A DNA stretch of 53,869 nt, taken from the NCBI GenBank assembly GCA_041662545.1, contig JBAZSH010000005.1, forward strand, positions 1 through 53,869, read 5' to 3'. Under the pieces are notes generated by a model that searched no databases, was not told the DNA's origin, and saw only the letters and a program-made list of their open reading frames with translations. Positions 35,711-45,600 of this stretch are shown piece after piece (the stretch's first letter is position 1; every line of letters starts with the position of its first letter). Made by a program: the position numbers and the translations under genes. This stretch comes from Minisyncoccota bacterium. Its GTDB lineage: Bacteria; Patescibacteriota; Minisyncoccia; Phycocordibacterales; DSPV01.

Positions 35711-35951
35711 AACTTCGAAGTGGAATGTGATAACTTGGTATTTTGAAATTTGGAATAGACAAATTGCGTCGCAACCGGAGAATCAGCCAGCCCTCCAGGG
35801 CGCTAGAAAGATTGGCGCGACAATCTTCCAAAGTCTTGCCGGTCGCCCAAACGCCACGCAATTCTTTTACTTCCGCGTAAAAGCGCTTGCCGCCGTCTAT
35901 CAATTCATAGCGGGCTTTACCAAGATATTTTGAAATATAATCGTTTAACAT
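35703..35951 (-). CDS. hicB: HicB-family antitoxin
   Basis: YYAEV-type motif (RFYAEVKELRGVWATGKTLEDCRANL). 8-nt overlap with hicA. I prefer the ATG at 35951 over the TTG at 35969. Confidence 0.7.
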   Translation of the reverse strand: MLNDYISKYLGKARYELIDGGKRFYAEVKELRGVWATGKTLEDCRANLSSALEGWLILRLRRNLSIPNFKIPSYHIPLRSYA

Positions 35952-35957
35952 AATATT

Positions 35958-35966
35958 AATATAGCA
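35958..35966 (-). promoter_or_regulatory. Extended -10 (TGCTATATT) for hicBA
   Basis: TGCTATATT-N6-ATG (35951). Confidence 0.45.
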
Positions 35967-35982
35967 CAAAACTGCTATTTTG

Positions 35983-37542
35983 CTAATTTACCATCATTTC
36001 TTTGGGGCGGTATTGGAGGGCCTCCATTAGGTGGGCTTCTTCAATTTTGTCGGCATTTTCCAGATCGGCAATGGTGCGTGCTAGCTTGATGATCCGGTGA
36101 TAGGCGCGAGCTGATAGCCCTAGCCGTTCGGAAGCGGCGTTTAGGGTGGTGCGCTCGTGTTCTCCTAATGGTGTCAATTTTTCCAATTGTCTGGAATTCA
36201 TTTGGCTGTTGGTTTGGATTTTTATTTTCGCTTTTTCAAATCTTTCTTTTTGCTTTTGGCGCGCTATCATAATTTTTTTCTTAACTTCAGTGCTGGTTTC
36301 GCCACCGCTTTCTTTGGCGCTCAAAACTTGAGCCGAGACTCGCGGTACCTCAATCCACATATCAATTCGGTCGGCAATTGGTCCGGAGACTTTGTTGCGA
36401 TAACGAATTAAGCTGGTTGGTAAACACGAACAAGATTTTTCTTTGGAACCGTAATTTCCGCAAGGGCAAGGATTCATCGCCGCGATTAAAATAAAATCAG
36501 CGGGAAAAGATGCCGAACCTCGAGCGCGTGAGACCGAAACAACCCGATCCTCTAGTGGTTGGCGTAACGCTTCAATCACTCGTCTCTCAAATTCCGGAAA
36601 TTCATCCAAAAACAAAACACCGCGGTGGGCCAAAGTAACCTCGCCGGGTTTTGGAAAAGTGCCACCGCCGACCAGCGAAACATAGGACGAAGTGTGATGA
36701 GGCGAGCGGAAAGGTCGGCGGGTTACCAAATCGCCATTTAGCGCCCCGGCCACCGAATGAATAGCAGTAGCTTCTAGCATTTCTTCAAAAGATAATGGTG
36801 GCAAAATATCAGCCAAAGCTCGAGCTAACATCGTTTTACCGGTGCCCGGTGGTCCCCAGAGAGCAATATTGTGGCCGCCGGCGGCAGCGATTTCTAATCC
36901 CCTTTTTCCACTTTGCTGACCCTTAATGTCTGACAAATCAATTATTGATTCGCCGTAATCCTCTTCTGGTTTGGTTCTGGGTTGAAGTTTTAAAGAGAAA
37001 TTTTTTGGGCCATCCAGTATTGCTTTTGGATCCAGATGACGGATTACTCCTTCTAAATTATCCACGGCGAAAATTTTAATGCCACCGATTAAAGCCGCTT
37101 CACGGGCGTTTTCTGCCGGTACAAACAATTCTTTGAAACCGCGTTTTGTTGCTTCTTCGGCTAAAGGTAAAACGCCAGTGATTGGTCGCAAGTCGCCTTG
37201 GAGTGATAATTCGCCAAGAAAAATTTTCTTTTCGGGATTAAAATTAATTTTTTCTGCCGCCAAAAGGTAAGCCAAGGCCATAGATAAATCAAAAGCCGAC
37301 CCTTCTTTTTTCAGGCCAGCTGGCGCTAAAGCGATAACAACTTTTTGGTTTTGGCTTTTAGGTGAATCAAAACCGGTATTTTTTATTGCCGCCGAAATTC
37401 TGTCTTTGGCTTCTTCTACCGCCTTATCGGGTAAGCCGACAATAGTAAAAGCATGAAGTCCCTTAGACAAATCTACTTCTATCGTAACGATTTTTGCTTT
37501 CAAAAAATGGGTTTGGGCACTATAGGTTTTGGCGAAGCTCAT
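35983..37542 (-). CDS. comM: YifB/ComM-family Mg-chelatase-like ATPase
   Basis: Lon-like N-domain, AAA+ Walker A GPPGTGKTMLA, Walker B LFLDEFPE, C-terminal ChlI-like region. I prefer the start MSFAKTY at 37542. Confidence 0.88.
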   Translation of the reverse strand: MSFAKTYSAQTHFLKAKIVTIEVDLSKGLHAFTIVGLPDKAVEEAKDRISAAIKNTGFDSPKSQNQKVVIALAPAGLKKEGSAFDLSMALAYLLAAEKINFNPEKKIFLGELSLQGDLRPITGVLPLAEEATKRGFKELFVPAENAREAALIGGIKIFAVDNLEGVIRHLDPKAILDGPKNFSLKLQPRTKPEEDYGESIIDLSDIKGQQSGKRGLEIAAAGGHNIALWGPPGTGKTMLARALADILPPLSFEEMLEATAIHSVAGALNGDLVTRRPFRSPHHTSSYVSLVGGGTFPKPGEVTLAHRGVLFLDEFPEFERRVIEALRQPLEDRVVSVSRARGSASFPADFILIAAMNPCPCGNYGSKEKSCSCLPTSLIRYRNKVSGPIADRIDMWIEVPRVSAQVLSAKESGGETSTEVKKKIMIARQKQKERFEKAKIKIQTNSQMNSRQLEKLTPLGEHERTTLNAASERLGLSARAYHRIIKLARTIADLENADKIEEAHLMEALQYRPKEMMVN

Positions 37543-37546
37543 AAGT

Positions 37547-37897
37547 TTACATGTGTGCTTTACAAGTTTTTGCCGCTGGATTAGCTTCAAGTCGGGCTTC
37601 TTCAATTTGCCCGCCACAAGTTTCGCAAATACCAAATTTCCCACCCCCGATTCTTTTTAAGGCATTTTTGATTTCGTTGTAGCGGATTTCCAATTGTTTC
37701 AAAATTCCCGCATTGTCTTCAAACGCCTCAATGCTGTCTGCCACCTCATCTCTATCCGAAGCTAAAACATCACCTTTTTCTGGTGTCGGTTCCCAATCGG
37801 CGGGATTTGCAGGATTAATTCGGCCAACGGTTTTCAACTCTTCTTCCACTCTCGCCAATTCCTCGGTTAATTTTTGTTTAAATTTTTCCATATTCAT
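37547..37897 (-). CDS. DksA/TraR-family C4 zinc-finger protein
   Basis: CETCGGQIEEARLEANPAAKTCKAH. I prefer the start MNMEKF at 37897. Confidence 0.75.
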   Translation of the reverse strand: MNMEKFKQKLTEELARVEEELKTVGRINPANPADWEPTPEKGDVLASDRDEVADSIEAFEDNAGILKQLEIRYNEIKNALKRIGGGKFGICETCGGQIEEARLEANPAAKTCKAHM

Positions 37898-37903
37898 ACT
37901 TGA

Positions 37904-37912
37904 ATGATAACA
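37904..37912 (-). promoter_or_regulatory. Extended -10 (TGTTATCAT) for the dksA-like/comM unit
   Basis: TGTTATCAT-N6-ATG (37897). Confidence 0.45.
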
Positions 37913-37938
37913 GAGCAAACTATTAAATCAATACCTAA

Positions 37939-38880
37939 TTACCTAATTAATTTCGCGGCGCGGAGGCGGTCCACGAGATTTTTGAAAGTGGTTTCATTGG
38001 TGGTGATGATAATAGTGTTTTTGTCGTTGAAAGAATAGAGCAGAATAATTTTTCCATCGGCGTCGCTCAAGATACGAGTATCTTTGTTGTAAATAATTTT
38101 GTCTTCAAAGAAACCGACCACTCCGCCGGCTGGCGGAGTGGACAGAAAAATCGGTCCCAAATCGGTAGCTAAATAATTTTCCCAGCGCAGTAAACCGGCA
38201 TAGGCAGAATCATAGGAATTGGTTTTTAGAATTAGAAATGGTTCGGTTTGGCCAAGAATATGGAAACCAAATACAAAGTTTGGTTCCAAGGCGCGGATGA
38301 ATGAAGTGTCAGCTTGAATTTGCAGTTGTTCTAAAAAGTCACCAGCTGGCACCGGTTCAGTGGTGGTGGCACTTGCCTCGCTACTAAGCGGGCTAGTTTT
38401 TCGGATGATGTTTACGCCGGTGATGGTTGAAAGATTTTTTGGCAGAGAATTTTTTTCGGTGTTGATAATAGCGACGAGTTTTGGTCGGTCCAGATTACTG
38501 ATATCTAAAACTTTTTCCACCTCGGTATTGATGAGTGTTTGTTTTTGGGCGTTGAGAGCAACCGGCTCTGGTGTGCTAGCTTTCTGATAGATGAAATATA
38601 GACCAATACCGCCACCGATAATCAAGATTGTCGCGGCGATACCAATCAAAATATTTTTAATTGGTAATTCGTGGCGAGGCGCGGTAAAGTTGGAAATGGT
38701 TTCTTCAGCCCCGGTGGCGCGCTTGTTTTCTGCCACGGCGATATTCACTGCTGAAGTTTTCCCCTCTTTGACTACCGATTCAATATCGCCACGCAATGTC
38801 TGTAGCGGTTTAATAATCCACTCCGGTCTTTCCGGCTTTGGTTTTTGTTCCGGCACCTGTTCGCTCATTTGTTCCACCAT
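37939..38880 (-). CDS. Hypothetical membrane-anchored protein (313 aa)
   Basis: Single TM around residues 85-107. No family recognised. Confidence 0.55.
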   Translation of the reverse strand: MVEQMSEQVPEQKPKPERPEWIIKPLQTLRGDIESVVKEGKTSAVNIAVAENKRATGAEETISNFTAPRHELPIKNILIGIAATILIIGGGIGLYFIYQKASTPEPVALNAQKQTLINTEVEKVLDISNLDRPKLVAIINTEKNSLPKNLSTITGVNIIRKTSPLSSEASATTTEPVPAGDFLEQLQIQADTSFIRALEPNFVFGFHILGQTEPFLILKTNSYDSAYAGLLRWENYLATDLGPIFLSTPPAGGVVGFFEDKIIYNKDTRILSDADGKIILLYSFNDKNTIIITTNETTFKNLVDRLRAAKLIR

Positions 38881-38886
38881 ACCAGA

Positions 38887-38895
38887 ATTATATCA
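38887..38895 (-). promoter_or_regulatory. Extended -10 (TGATATAAT) for the 313-aa gene
   Basis: TGATATAAT-N6-ATG (38880). Confidence 0.5.
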
Positions 38896-38906
38896 TTTTT
38901 ATAATT

Positions 38907-41114
38907 TTAGTATCGTTTTCGTCTTTCCGGCCGGCCACCTTGGGATCGAAAACCGCCACCAAAACCACCACTTCCACCCATACCAGTGCCTGGTTTAATA
39001 CCTTTTTTCTCGGCGAAGCTCGGGTCGGCGGCTTTAATAGACAAATTAATTCTGCCTTTTTCGTCAATTTCTTTAACCATTACTGGCACGATATCACCTT
39101 CGCTCAAAGCGCCGCTAATTTGATCAATCCGGAATGGCGCGATTTCAGAAATGTGCACCATACCTTCAGCGTTGGGGCCGATTTTTACGAAAGCACCGAA
39201 ATCCATCAATCGAGTAACTGTGCCCTCATATTTTTCGCCCGGCTTGTATTCGTGAGTCATTGACTCTACGATTTTTTGAGCCGCTTCAGCCGCTCCGTTT
39301 TTGCCGGTGAAGAATACCGTACCATCATCTTCAATATCAATTTCCGCGCCGGTTTTTTCCATAATTTCGTTAATAATTTTTCCACCAGTACCGATAATTG
39401 AACCAATTTGGTCTGGTCTAATTTTGATGGAAATAATTTTTGGCGCGTTCGGTGAAATATCTGGACGGGGTGCAGCGATTTCTTTTTTTATCACTTCCAG
39501 AATTTGTAGTCGCGCCTTCTTCGCGGCTTCAAACGCTTCGCCTAAAATTTTAATAGGAATACCATTGACCTTAACATCCATTTGAACGGCGGTAACACCA
39601 GTGTTGCTACCAGCCACTTTGAAATCCATATCACCGTGATGATCTTCGGGTCCTTGAATGTCAGTTAAAATTTTATATTTTTTATCCCGAGCATAGTCGA
39701 GGGACATCATCAGTCCCGAAGCGATGCCAGCCACCGGAGCTTTAATTGGTGCACCCGCATCCATCAAAGCCAAAGTGGAACCACACACTGAACCCATAGA
39801 AGTAGAGCCGTTGGAAGCTAGTGCTTCAGAAACGATGCGAATGGTATAGGGGAAGGCTTCTTTTGATGGCAAAATTGGCAAGATGGCTTTTTCTGCCAAG
39901 GCGCCATGACCGATTGCTCGTCTATTCATCCCCCCCACCCTACCGGTCTCGCCGGAAGAAAATGGCGGGAAATTATAGTGATGCATAAAGCGTTTTTTTC
40001 CTTGGACTTCCATGCCATCAATTACTTGAGTGTCGCCTGGTCCACCTAAAGTCAAAGCCGAAAGAATGTGCGTGCCACCGCGGTAGAAAATACCCGAGCC
40101 GTGAAGAATTGGCGAAACGCCGCCAGCTTTGGCAAACAAAGGCCGCAATTCGTCCATTTTCCGGCCATCGGGTCGGTGTTCATTTTCAATAGCTTCGCGG
40201 TGGACCAATTCGTTAATTTTTTCTTCAAAAAAGAAATCAGCGTGTGAAGTTTTTTCTTCCGGTAATTTTTCGGCAAAAATTTTCAACCACGCTTCTTTCA
40301 AGTTATAGATTTGGTGTTTGCCCGGTCCGCTGAAAATCGCGTCAAAAAGTTTTTTGCCGATTTCAGTTTCAAAAAGTTTTGCCATTTCCGCCGGTGGTTC
40401 TGGTTCTTTAGTCGCCAACTTTTCTTTGCCGATTTCTTTGATAATTTTTTTCTGCCAGGCCTGAATTTTTTCAATCTCCTCCGCTGATTTTTCTAACGCT
40501 TTAACGATTACACCCTCATTCACTTCCTTAGCACCGATTTCAATCATGTTTATTAATTCATCTTTGCCACAAGCCAGTAAATCCAATTTATTTTCCACAG
40601 CATTTCTGGTCTCGTAAATTGGATTGATGAGGAAATTTTTCTCGTCTTCCAAAACACCGATACGGACAGCCGAAACTGGTCCGTTCCAAGGGATGTCGGA
40701 GACGCCGAGCGCCAGCGAGGCGCCGATAATCGCCGGAATGTCTGGGTCATCTTCGGCGATGGAAAGAATTGTTACCACCACCTGCACTTCTTGTCGCAAG
40801 TTTTGGTTGAATAATGGCCGAATAGTGCGGTCTACGACACGGCCGGAGAGCACCGCTTCATCAGATGGACGGCCTTCTCGACGCATAAACCGCGAACCCA
40901 AAATTTGGCCAGCAGCGTAAAATCTTTCTTCGTAATCAACCATCAAGGGGAAATAGTCGGCATCTTTTTCGTATTTACTCATTACCGCTGTAACCAAAAC
41001 CGTGGTATTGCCCAAACGAACAATCACCGAGCCATTGGCTTGGTCGGCTAAATCAGTGAACTCGGCGGTTAATTTTTTTCCGCCTACTTCCAAAGCATAT
41101 TCTTTTGTTTTCAT
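38907..41114 (-). CDS. pnp: Polyribonucleotide nucleotidyltransferase (PNPase) with a Gly/Arg-rich C-terminal tail
   Basis: Two RNase PH-like domains, then KH and S1 domains. Tail GGSGGFGGGFRSQGGRPERRKRY. 735 aa. Confidence 0.95.
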   Translation of the reverse strand: MKTKEYALEVGGKKLTAEFTDLADQANGSVIVRLGNTTVLVTAVMSKYEKDADYFPLMVDYEERFYAAGQILGSRFMRREGRPSDEAVLSGRVVDRTIRPLFNQNLRQEVQVVVTILSIAEDDPDIPAIIGASLALGVSDIPWNGPVSAVRIGVLEDEKNFLINPIYETRNAVENKLDLLACGKDELINMIEIGAKEVNEGVIVKALEKSAEEIEKIQAWQKKIIKEIGKEKLATKEPEPPAEMAKLFETEIGKKLFDAIFSGPGKHQIYNLKEAWLKIFAEKLPEEKTSHADFFFEEKINELVHREAIENEHRPDGRKMDELRPLFAKAGGVSPILHGSGIFYRGGTHILSALTLGGPGDTQVIDGMEVQGKKRFMHHYNFPPFSSGETGRVGGMNRRAIGHGALAEKAILPILPSKEAFPYTIRIVSEALASNGSTSMGSVCGSTLALMDAGAPIKAPVAGIASGLMMSLDYARDKKYKILTDIQGPEDHHGDMDFKVAGSNTGVTAVQMDVKVNGIPIKILGEAFEAAKKARLQILEVIKKEIAAPRPDISPNAPKIISIKIRPDQIGSIIGTGGKIINEIMEKTGAEIDIEDDGTVFFTGKNGAAEAAQKIVESMTHEYKPGEKYEGTVTRLMDFGAFVKIGPNAEGMVHISEIAPFRIDQISGALSEGDIVPVMVKEIDEKGRINLSIKAADPSFAEKKGIKPGTGMGGSGGFGGGFRSQGGRPERRKRY

Positions 41115-41209
41115 AAACTACTGGGCTGGCTTTCAGATTTTAGGTTTCGAATTGGCCTTGGCTTTTTCGAAATCTACTTATCCAAAAACCAGCAATTAAA
41201 TTGATAACA
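41115..41209 (-). promoter_or_regulatory. pnp promoter (TGTTATCAA) and structured roughly 80-nt leader
   Basis: TGTTATCAA is the revcomp of 41201-41209. The leader contains nested inverted repeats (GCTGGTTT/AAAGCCAGC, AGATTT/AAATCT, TTCGAA/TTCGAA). Confidence 0.35.
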
Positions 41210-41237
41210 TTGATACTTTATCATGTCGGTCATGATT

Positions 41238-41840
41238 CTACAAATGGCTTTCGTGGAGGGATTGATTGATGACGGTGATGAGGTGTGGAATTCTTGGTTG
41301 GGTGGCGACTAGAAGTTTTTCATTCCAATCACTGGTTTCAGCAAAGGGCGAAATATTTTGATGTTTTTGGACATAACCAAGTTGGTGGAGAATCCTCAAA
41401 ACCAGCGCGGTTTCAAAGATAAGAATTTTTTCCTTTTTTTCCGTTGGCTGGCAGAGAAGATTGTCCAGGAAATCAAAACCACTTTGAACTAAATCAAAAA
41501 GTTTTTCATTTTTTTCTTCGCCGTGAAGCAGGCGTTCCAACAAACGAATCACATTGGCCGCGGCCTTAAGTTTAAGTGGCGCATCTTTTAAAGAATAATA
41601 ATAATTTTTTTCCGATGTGGCGCCAGTTAGTCGCCAAAAATTCTTACCGCGCACCAGCGATACTTTTACCAAAGAAAAATCCGCCAGATGCGAGCGCAAT
41701 TTGGAATTGTTTTTGCGCACGCCTTGAGCGTGCGCTCTGATCAAACCCAACTCGCGGCAAAACAGCGAAAAAATCTTGCCGTTTTCCCCACTATTTCTTG
41801 ACCGGACGACAATCGCCGGTGTAGTGATGATGGAGTACAT
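41238..41840 (-). CDS. recO: DNA repair protein RecO
   Basis: OB-fold N-terminus MYSIITTPAIVVRSRNSGENGKIFSLF. I prefer the start at 41840 over the upstream extension to 41936. Confidence 0.75.
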   Translation of the reverse strand: MYSIITTPAIVVRSRNSGENGKIFSLFCRELGLIRAHAQGVRKNNSKLRSHLADFSLVKVSLVRGKNFWRLTGATSEKNYYYSLKDAPLKLKAAANVIRLLERLLHGEEKNEKLFDLVQSGFDFLDNLLCQPTEKKEKILIFETALVLRILHQLGYVQKHQNISPFAETSDWNEKLLVATQPRIPHLITVINQSLHESHL

Positions 41841-41846
41841 ATAAAG

Positions 41847-41855
41847 ATGATAACA
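41847..41855 (-). promoter_or_regulatory. Extended -10 (TGTTATCAT) for recO
   Basis: TGTTATCAT-N6-ATG (41840). Confidence 0.45.
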
Positions 41856-42024
41856 AAATTTAATTATATCTAGACCTTGACAAAATCCACATTTCTTGCT
41901 AACCTCTCGACAGTTGTCAATACCACAGAAAACCACAAAAGAAAGGATTAACGATGAAAATTCCCTGTTCTTTGAAAGCCATCTCGGTTTCCGCTATCCG
42001 AAAAGGCGAGGGTGGAGCGAACTT

Positions 42025-42495
42025 TTACCACGCAAAATGGGCAAATGCCTTGTTGGCCTCTGCCATTTTGTGAGTGTTTTCTCTTTTTTTGACTGCTTCC
42101 CCTTCGTTTTTGGAGGCGGCGATGATTTCCTCGGCCAATTTTTCCGCCATCGGTTTACCTTTTTTATTTGCCGCCGCGTCCACTAACCAGCGAATGGAGA
42201 GTGCTTGCCGCCGTTCCGGTCTAACTTCCACCGGCACTTGATAGTTGGCACCACCGACGCGTCGTGAACGCACTTCCATAGTCGGTGCGGTATTTTTTAA
42301 AGCCAGTTCAAAAATTTCCAAAGGATTGGCGGTTTTGGTTTTTTCTTTAATAATATCAAAAGCACCGTAGACAACTTTTTTGGCAACGGTCTTTTTCCCC
42401 TGCTTCATAATGTAGTTGGTGAACTTAGAAACCTTTAAAGAATCATAGATCTTATCTGGCTTCACCACCGCTTTGATTTTTGCTTTTCTACGCAT
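42025..42495 (-). CDS. rpsG: 30S ribosomal protein S7
   Basis: 156 aa with a clear S7 sequence. Confidence 0.97.
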   Translation of the reverse strand: MRRKAKIKAVVKPDKIYDSLKVSKFTNYIMKQGKKTVAKKVVYGAFDIIKEKTKTANPLEIFELALKNTAPTMEVRSRRVGGANYQVPVEVRPERRQALSIRWLVDAAANKKGKPMAEKLAEEIIAASKNEGEAVKKRENTHKMAEANKAFAHFAW

Positions 42496-42503
42496 TGAAT
42501 TAT

Positions 42504-42917
42504 TTAAGCTTTCTTGGGGCGTTTTGTCCCATACTGACTGCGACCCTTTTTGCGGTTTTCTACGCCACCGGCATCCAGTTTTCCGCGAACAATTTGATAA
42601 CGCAAGCCGACATCCTTTACTCGGCCGCCGCGCAATATTACCACCGCGTGCTCTTGCAAGGTGTGCCCCATACCCGGTACATAAGCCGTTACTTCCATAC
42701 CATTGGTTAAGCGGACGCGGGCGATTTTTCGAATAGCCGAGTTTGGTTTCTTTGGCGTTTTGGTTGTTACTTTAGTGCAGACACCCCTTTTGAAAGGCGA
42801 AGGAAAAAAGTTTGGTCGATTTTTCAAAGTATTGAAAGTGCGCATCAAAGCCACGGATTTTGGTTTCCGCTTGATTTGAACCCTCTTTCTTTTTATCAGT
42901 TGATTGATGGTCGGCAT
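42504..42917 (-). CDS. rpsL: 30S ribosomal protein S12
   Basis: [12 protein letters not shown]..., PKKPNSA. 137 aa. Confidence 0.97.
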   Translation of the reverse strand: MPTINQLIKRKRVQIKRKPKSVALMRTFNTLKNRPNFFPSPFKRGVCTKVTTKTPKKPNSAIRKIARVRLTNGMEVTAYVPGMGHTLQEHAVVILRGGRVKDVGLRYQIVRGKLDAGGVENRKKGRSQYGTKRPKKA

Positions 42918-42968
42918 ATAAACAAAATTACCGAGCGACTCGGTGGCAACACTCTAATATATGTTCAA

Positions 42969-44249
42969 TTAAAAAGCAAGGCGCAGGGTTTTTTCTAATT
43001 CGGTTTTGTCGGCGTTTTGGCCGATGACGGCCAGGTTGAGTTGGTTTTCGACAAAAATTTCACTGGCCAGTTTTTTCAAATCAGTGGCGGAAATCGCCCG
43101 GATTTTTTCGGCGATTTCCTCCGGCTTTTTTATTTCCTTTTTGAAAATTTCCTGAAAGCCATAATATTCTGCAATAGCGTCTGACGATTCCAATGATAAA
43201 AACATTGAGCCGATTAAGTAAGCTTTGGCTTTCTCTAATTCGGCTTCGGCCACCGGTGTTTTTTTTAATTTTTCAAATTCAGCCAATACTACTTTGATAA
43301 CTTCCGCCAACCGACTGCGGTCCACCCCAGCGGAAACACCGAAAATACCATGGTCGGTAAAGGCATCATTATCGGCTTTGACATAATAACAAACGCCCAT
43401 TTCCTCACGCAGTTTTTGAAAAAGCCGCGAGCTCATTCCCCCACCCAACACTTCTGCCAACAAGCGCAAAGGAATATCTCTTTTATCAAAAAGTCCGAAG
43501 CTCTTGACACCAAGAATAAAATGAGTTTGATCGGTCTTTTTTTCTTTAATCGCCAATGCTGGCGCGTTTTGTTTTTCTTTGACTGCTAGCTTGGTAGATT
43601 TTTCTCCCGCCGGTGAATTTTTAAAAGCGTCCGCCACTTCCTCTTTAACTTTTTCTTCGTCAATGTTGCCGGCCACCACCACTGTTGTCGCTTGGGCCAG
43701 GTAGTGGGCTTTCCGGTAAGTCAAAAAATCTTGCCGTTTCATCTCTCGAATATGTTCTTTGGTTCCAGCAATGGAATATCCGGCCGGCTGATTGGGATAA
43801 AGTAAGGCCATAAATTCGTCCGCCACTTGTCGTTGAGGAATGTCTTCATACATATTAATTTCCTCAATAATCACGCCGCGTTCTTTTTCCAGCGCTTCAG
43901 CCGGCAGAGTGGAGTTTAGATAAATATCGGAGACCACATCCAACAATTGGGCTCGGTCGCCGAATTGGCCCTTGGCATAATAACCAGTAAATTCTTGAGA
44001 AGTAAAAGCGTTGTATTGAGCGCCGATGGAATCTAATTCATGAGAAATCGATAATGGTGTTAGGCGTTTTTTTGTCCCCTTGAAACACATATGTTCCAAA
44101 AAATGCGATACGCCATTATTGGCCATAGTCTCATATTTTGAGCCGGCTTCTACCAACACCAAAACCGTTGCCGTTGGATTGTCTTTCATTGGCACGGTAA
44201 TCAACCGCAAACCACTTGGCAAAATTGTCCTTGAGAATTTCATAATCAC
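42969..44249 (-). CDS. M16-family (insulinase/pitrilysin-like) zinc peptidase
   Basis: HxxEH motif HFLEHMCFKGT. 426 aa. Confidence 0.88.
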   Translation of the reverse strand: MIMKFSRTILPSGLRLITVPMKDNPTATVLVLVEAGSKYETMANNGVSHFLEHMCFKGTKKRLTPLSISHELDSIGAQYNAFTSQEFTGYYAKGQFGDRAQLLDVVSDIYLNSTLPAEALEKERGVIIEEINMYEDIPQRQVADEFMALLYPNQPAGYSIAGTKEHIREMKRQDFLTYRKAHYLAQATTVVVAGNIDEEKVKEEVADAFKNSPAGEKSTKLAVKEKQNAPALAIKEKKTDQTHFILGVKSFGLFDKRDIPLRLLAEVLGGGMSSRLFQKLREEMGVCYYVKADNDAFTDHGIFGVSAGVDRSRLAEVIKVVLAEFEKLKKTPVAEAELEKAKAYLIGSMFLSLESSDAIAEYYGFQEIFKKEIKKPEEIAEKIRAISATDLKKLASEIFVENQLNLAVIGQNADKTELEKTLRLAF

Positions 44250-45595
44250 TCAATGAGTTTCTTTTTCAAAAATTCTGGTAATCCGGAAATCGGGAGGCGT
44301 TCTTGTTTGCCGGAGTCGCGGTCGCGGACGGTGACATCTTCCTTCTCAAGCGAATCAAAATCAATCGTGATACAAAATGGCGTGCCGATTTCGTCCTGAC
44401 GGCGGTAGCGTTTGCCAATGTTGCCGTTGTCATCAAATTCAATTACGCCGATATTGGCCACTTTCAAATTTCCGTAAACTTCCAGTGCTTTTTTCACCAA
44501 TTCCGGTTTATTGCGAAGCAATGGAAATACCGCGACTTTTACTGGTGCAATTTTTGGCGAAAGTTTTAGATAGGTGCGTTTTTCATTGTTCATTTCATCT
44601 TCGGTATAAGTAGCACAAAGTAGAGCCAGAACAATTCTGTCCAAACCGAAAGACGGCTCAATGACATGAGGTATAAATTTTTCTTTTGATTCATCGTCCA
44701 GATATTCTAGCGAAACACCGCTCACACGGGCATGATTCGCCAAATCAAAATCAGTGCGATAAGCCAAACCGTAGAGTTCTTTTCTGCCAAACGGGAAATC
44801 AAATTCAAAATCAATAGTTCGTTTGGAATAATGGGCTCGCTCGCCATCGGGCACTTCCAATTCATGAATTTTTTCTGACGCCAAACCAATTTCAGCCAGC
44901 CATTTTTTGGTTTCCAGGCGAAAATCCTCAAAACTTTTTTCCCAATCTTTTGGATTTACAAAATATTCAATTTCCATTTGTTCAAACTCTCGCGTTCGGA
45001 AAAGGAAATCGCGCGGCGCGATTTCATTACGGAAGGCCTTACCTATTTGCGCCAAACCGAATGGCAATTTCGGATGATAAGCATCTAGCGCGTTTTTGAA
45101 ATTGGTGAACATCCCTTGGGCTGTTTCGGGGCGAAGATATGAAACCGAATCCTTCCCTTCTTCGGCACCAACTTGCGTCTTGAACATCATATTAAATTGT
45201 CTCACTTCACTAAGCTTGCCACCACAATCCGAACAGAGGTCAGACCTCAAATCTGTAGAGAGGTCTGACCTCTCTAACTGGTCTTCGCGAAATTGCTTTT
45301 TACATTTCTCACATTCCACTAACGGGTCGGCAAAACCTTCAGCGTGGCCGCTAGCCCGCCAAACTTTTTGATTCATTAAAATTGCTGCGTCAAAGCGAAA
45401 CATATCGGAACGCGAACCAACGAAATATTGCCACCAAGATTGTTTAAGATTTTCTTTAAGCAAAACACCGTAATGACCATAATCCCAAGTACCGGCCAGA
45501 CCGCCGTAAATTTCGGAACCGGGAAATACGAAACCGCGTCGTTTGCAGAGCGAGACAATTTTTTCCAACAGATCAGTTTGTTTTGGTTTTTTCAT
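44246..45595 (-). CDS. glyQS: Glycine--tRNA ligase (dimeric class II type)
   Basis: N-terminus ...RRGFVFPGSEIYGGLAGTWDYGHYG, class II motifs, anticodon-binding C-terminus. 449 aa. Confidence 0.95.
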   Translation of the reverse strand: MKKPKQTDLLEKIVSLCKRRGFVFPGSEIYGGLAGTWDYGHYGVLLKENLKQSWWQYFVGSRSDMFRFDAAILMNQKVWRASGHAEGFADPLVECEKCKKQFREDQLERSDLSTDLRSDLCSDCGGKLSEVRQFNMMFKTQVGAEEGKDSVSYLRPETAQGMFTNFKNALDAYHPKLPFGLAQIGKAFRNEIAPRDFLFRTREFEQMEIEYFVNPKDWEKSFEDFRLETKKWLAEIGLASEKIHELEVPDGERAHYSKRTIDFEFDFPFGRKELYGLAYRTDFDLANHARVSGVSLEYLDDESKEKFIPHVIEPSFGLDRIVLALLCATYTEDEMNNEKRTYLKLSPKIAPVKVAVFPLLRNKPELVKKALEVYGNLKVANIGVIEFDDNGNIGKRYRRQDEIGTPFCITIDFDSLEKEDVTVRDRDSGKQERLPISGLPEFLKKKLIE

Positions 45596-45600
45596 AAAAA

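Noticed and set aside
41877-42073. Plus-strand promoter-like TTGACA-N17-TAACCT (41877-41905), followed by an SD-like AAAGGA and a 39-codon ORF (41954-42073, MKIPCSLKAISVS...)
   Set aside because: The ORF runs antisense into the 3' end of rpsG and has no recognisable family. The -10 is weak (TAACCT). The TTGACAA/TTGTCAA symmetry there is more simply part of the recO upstream region. It is kept only as a possible antisense transcript.
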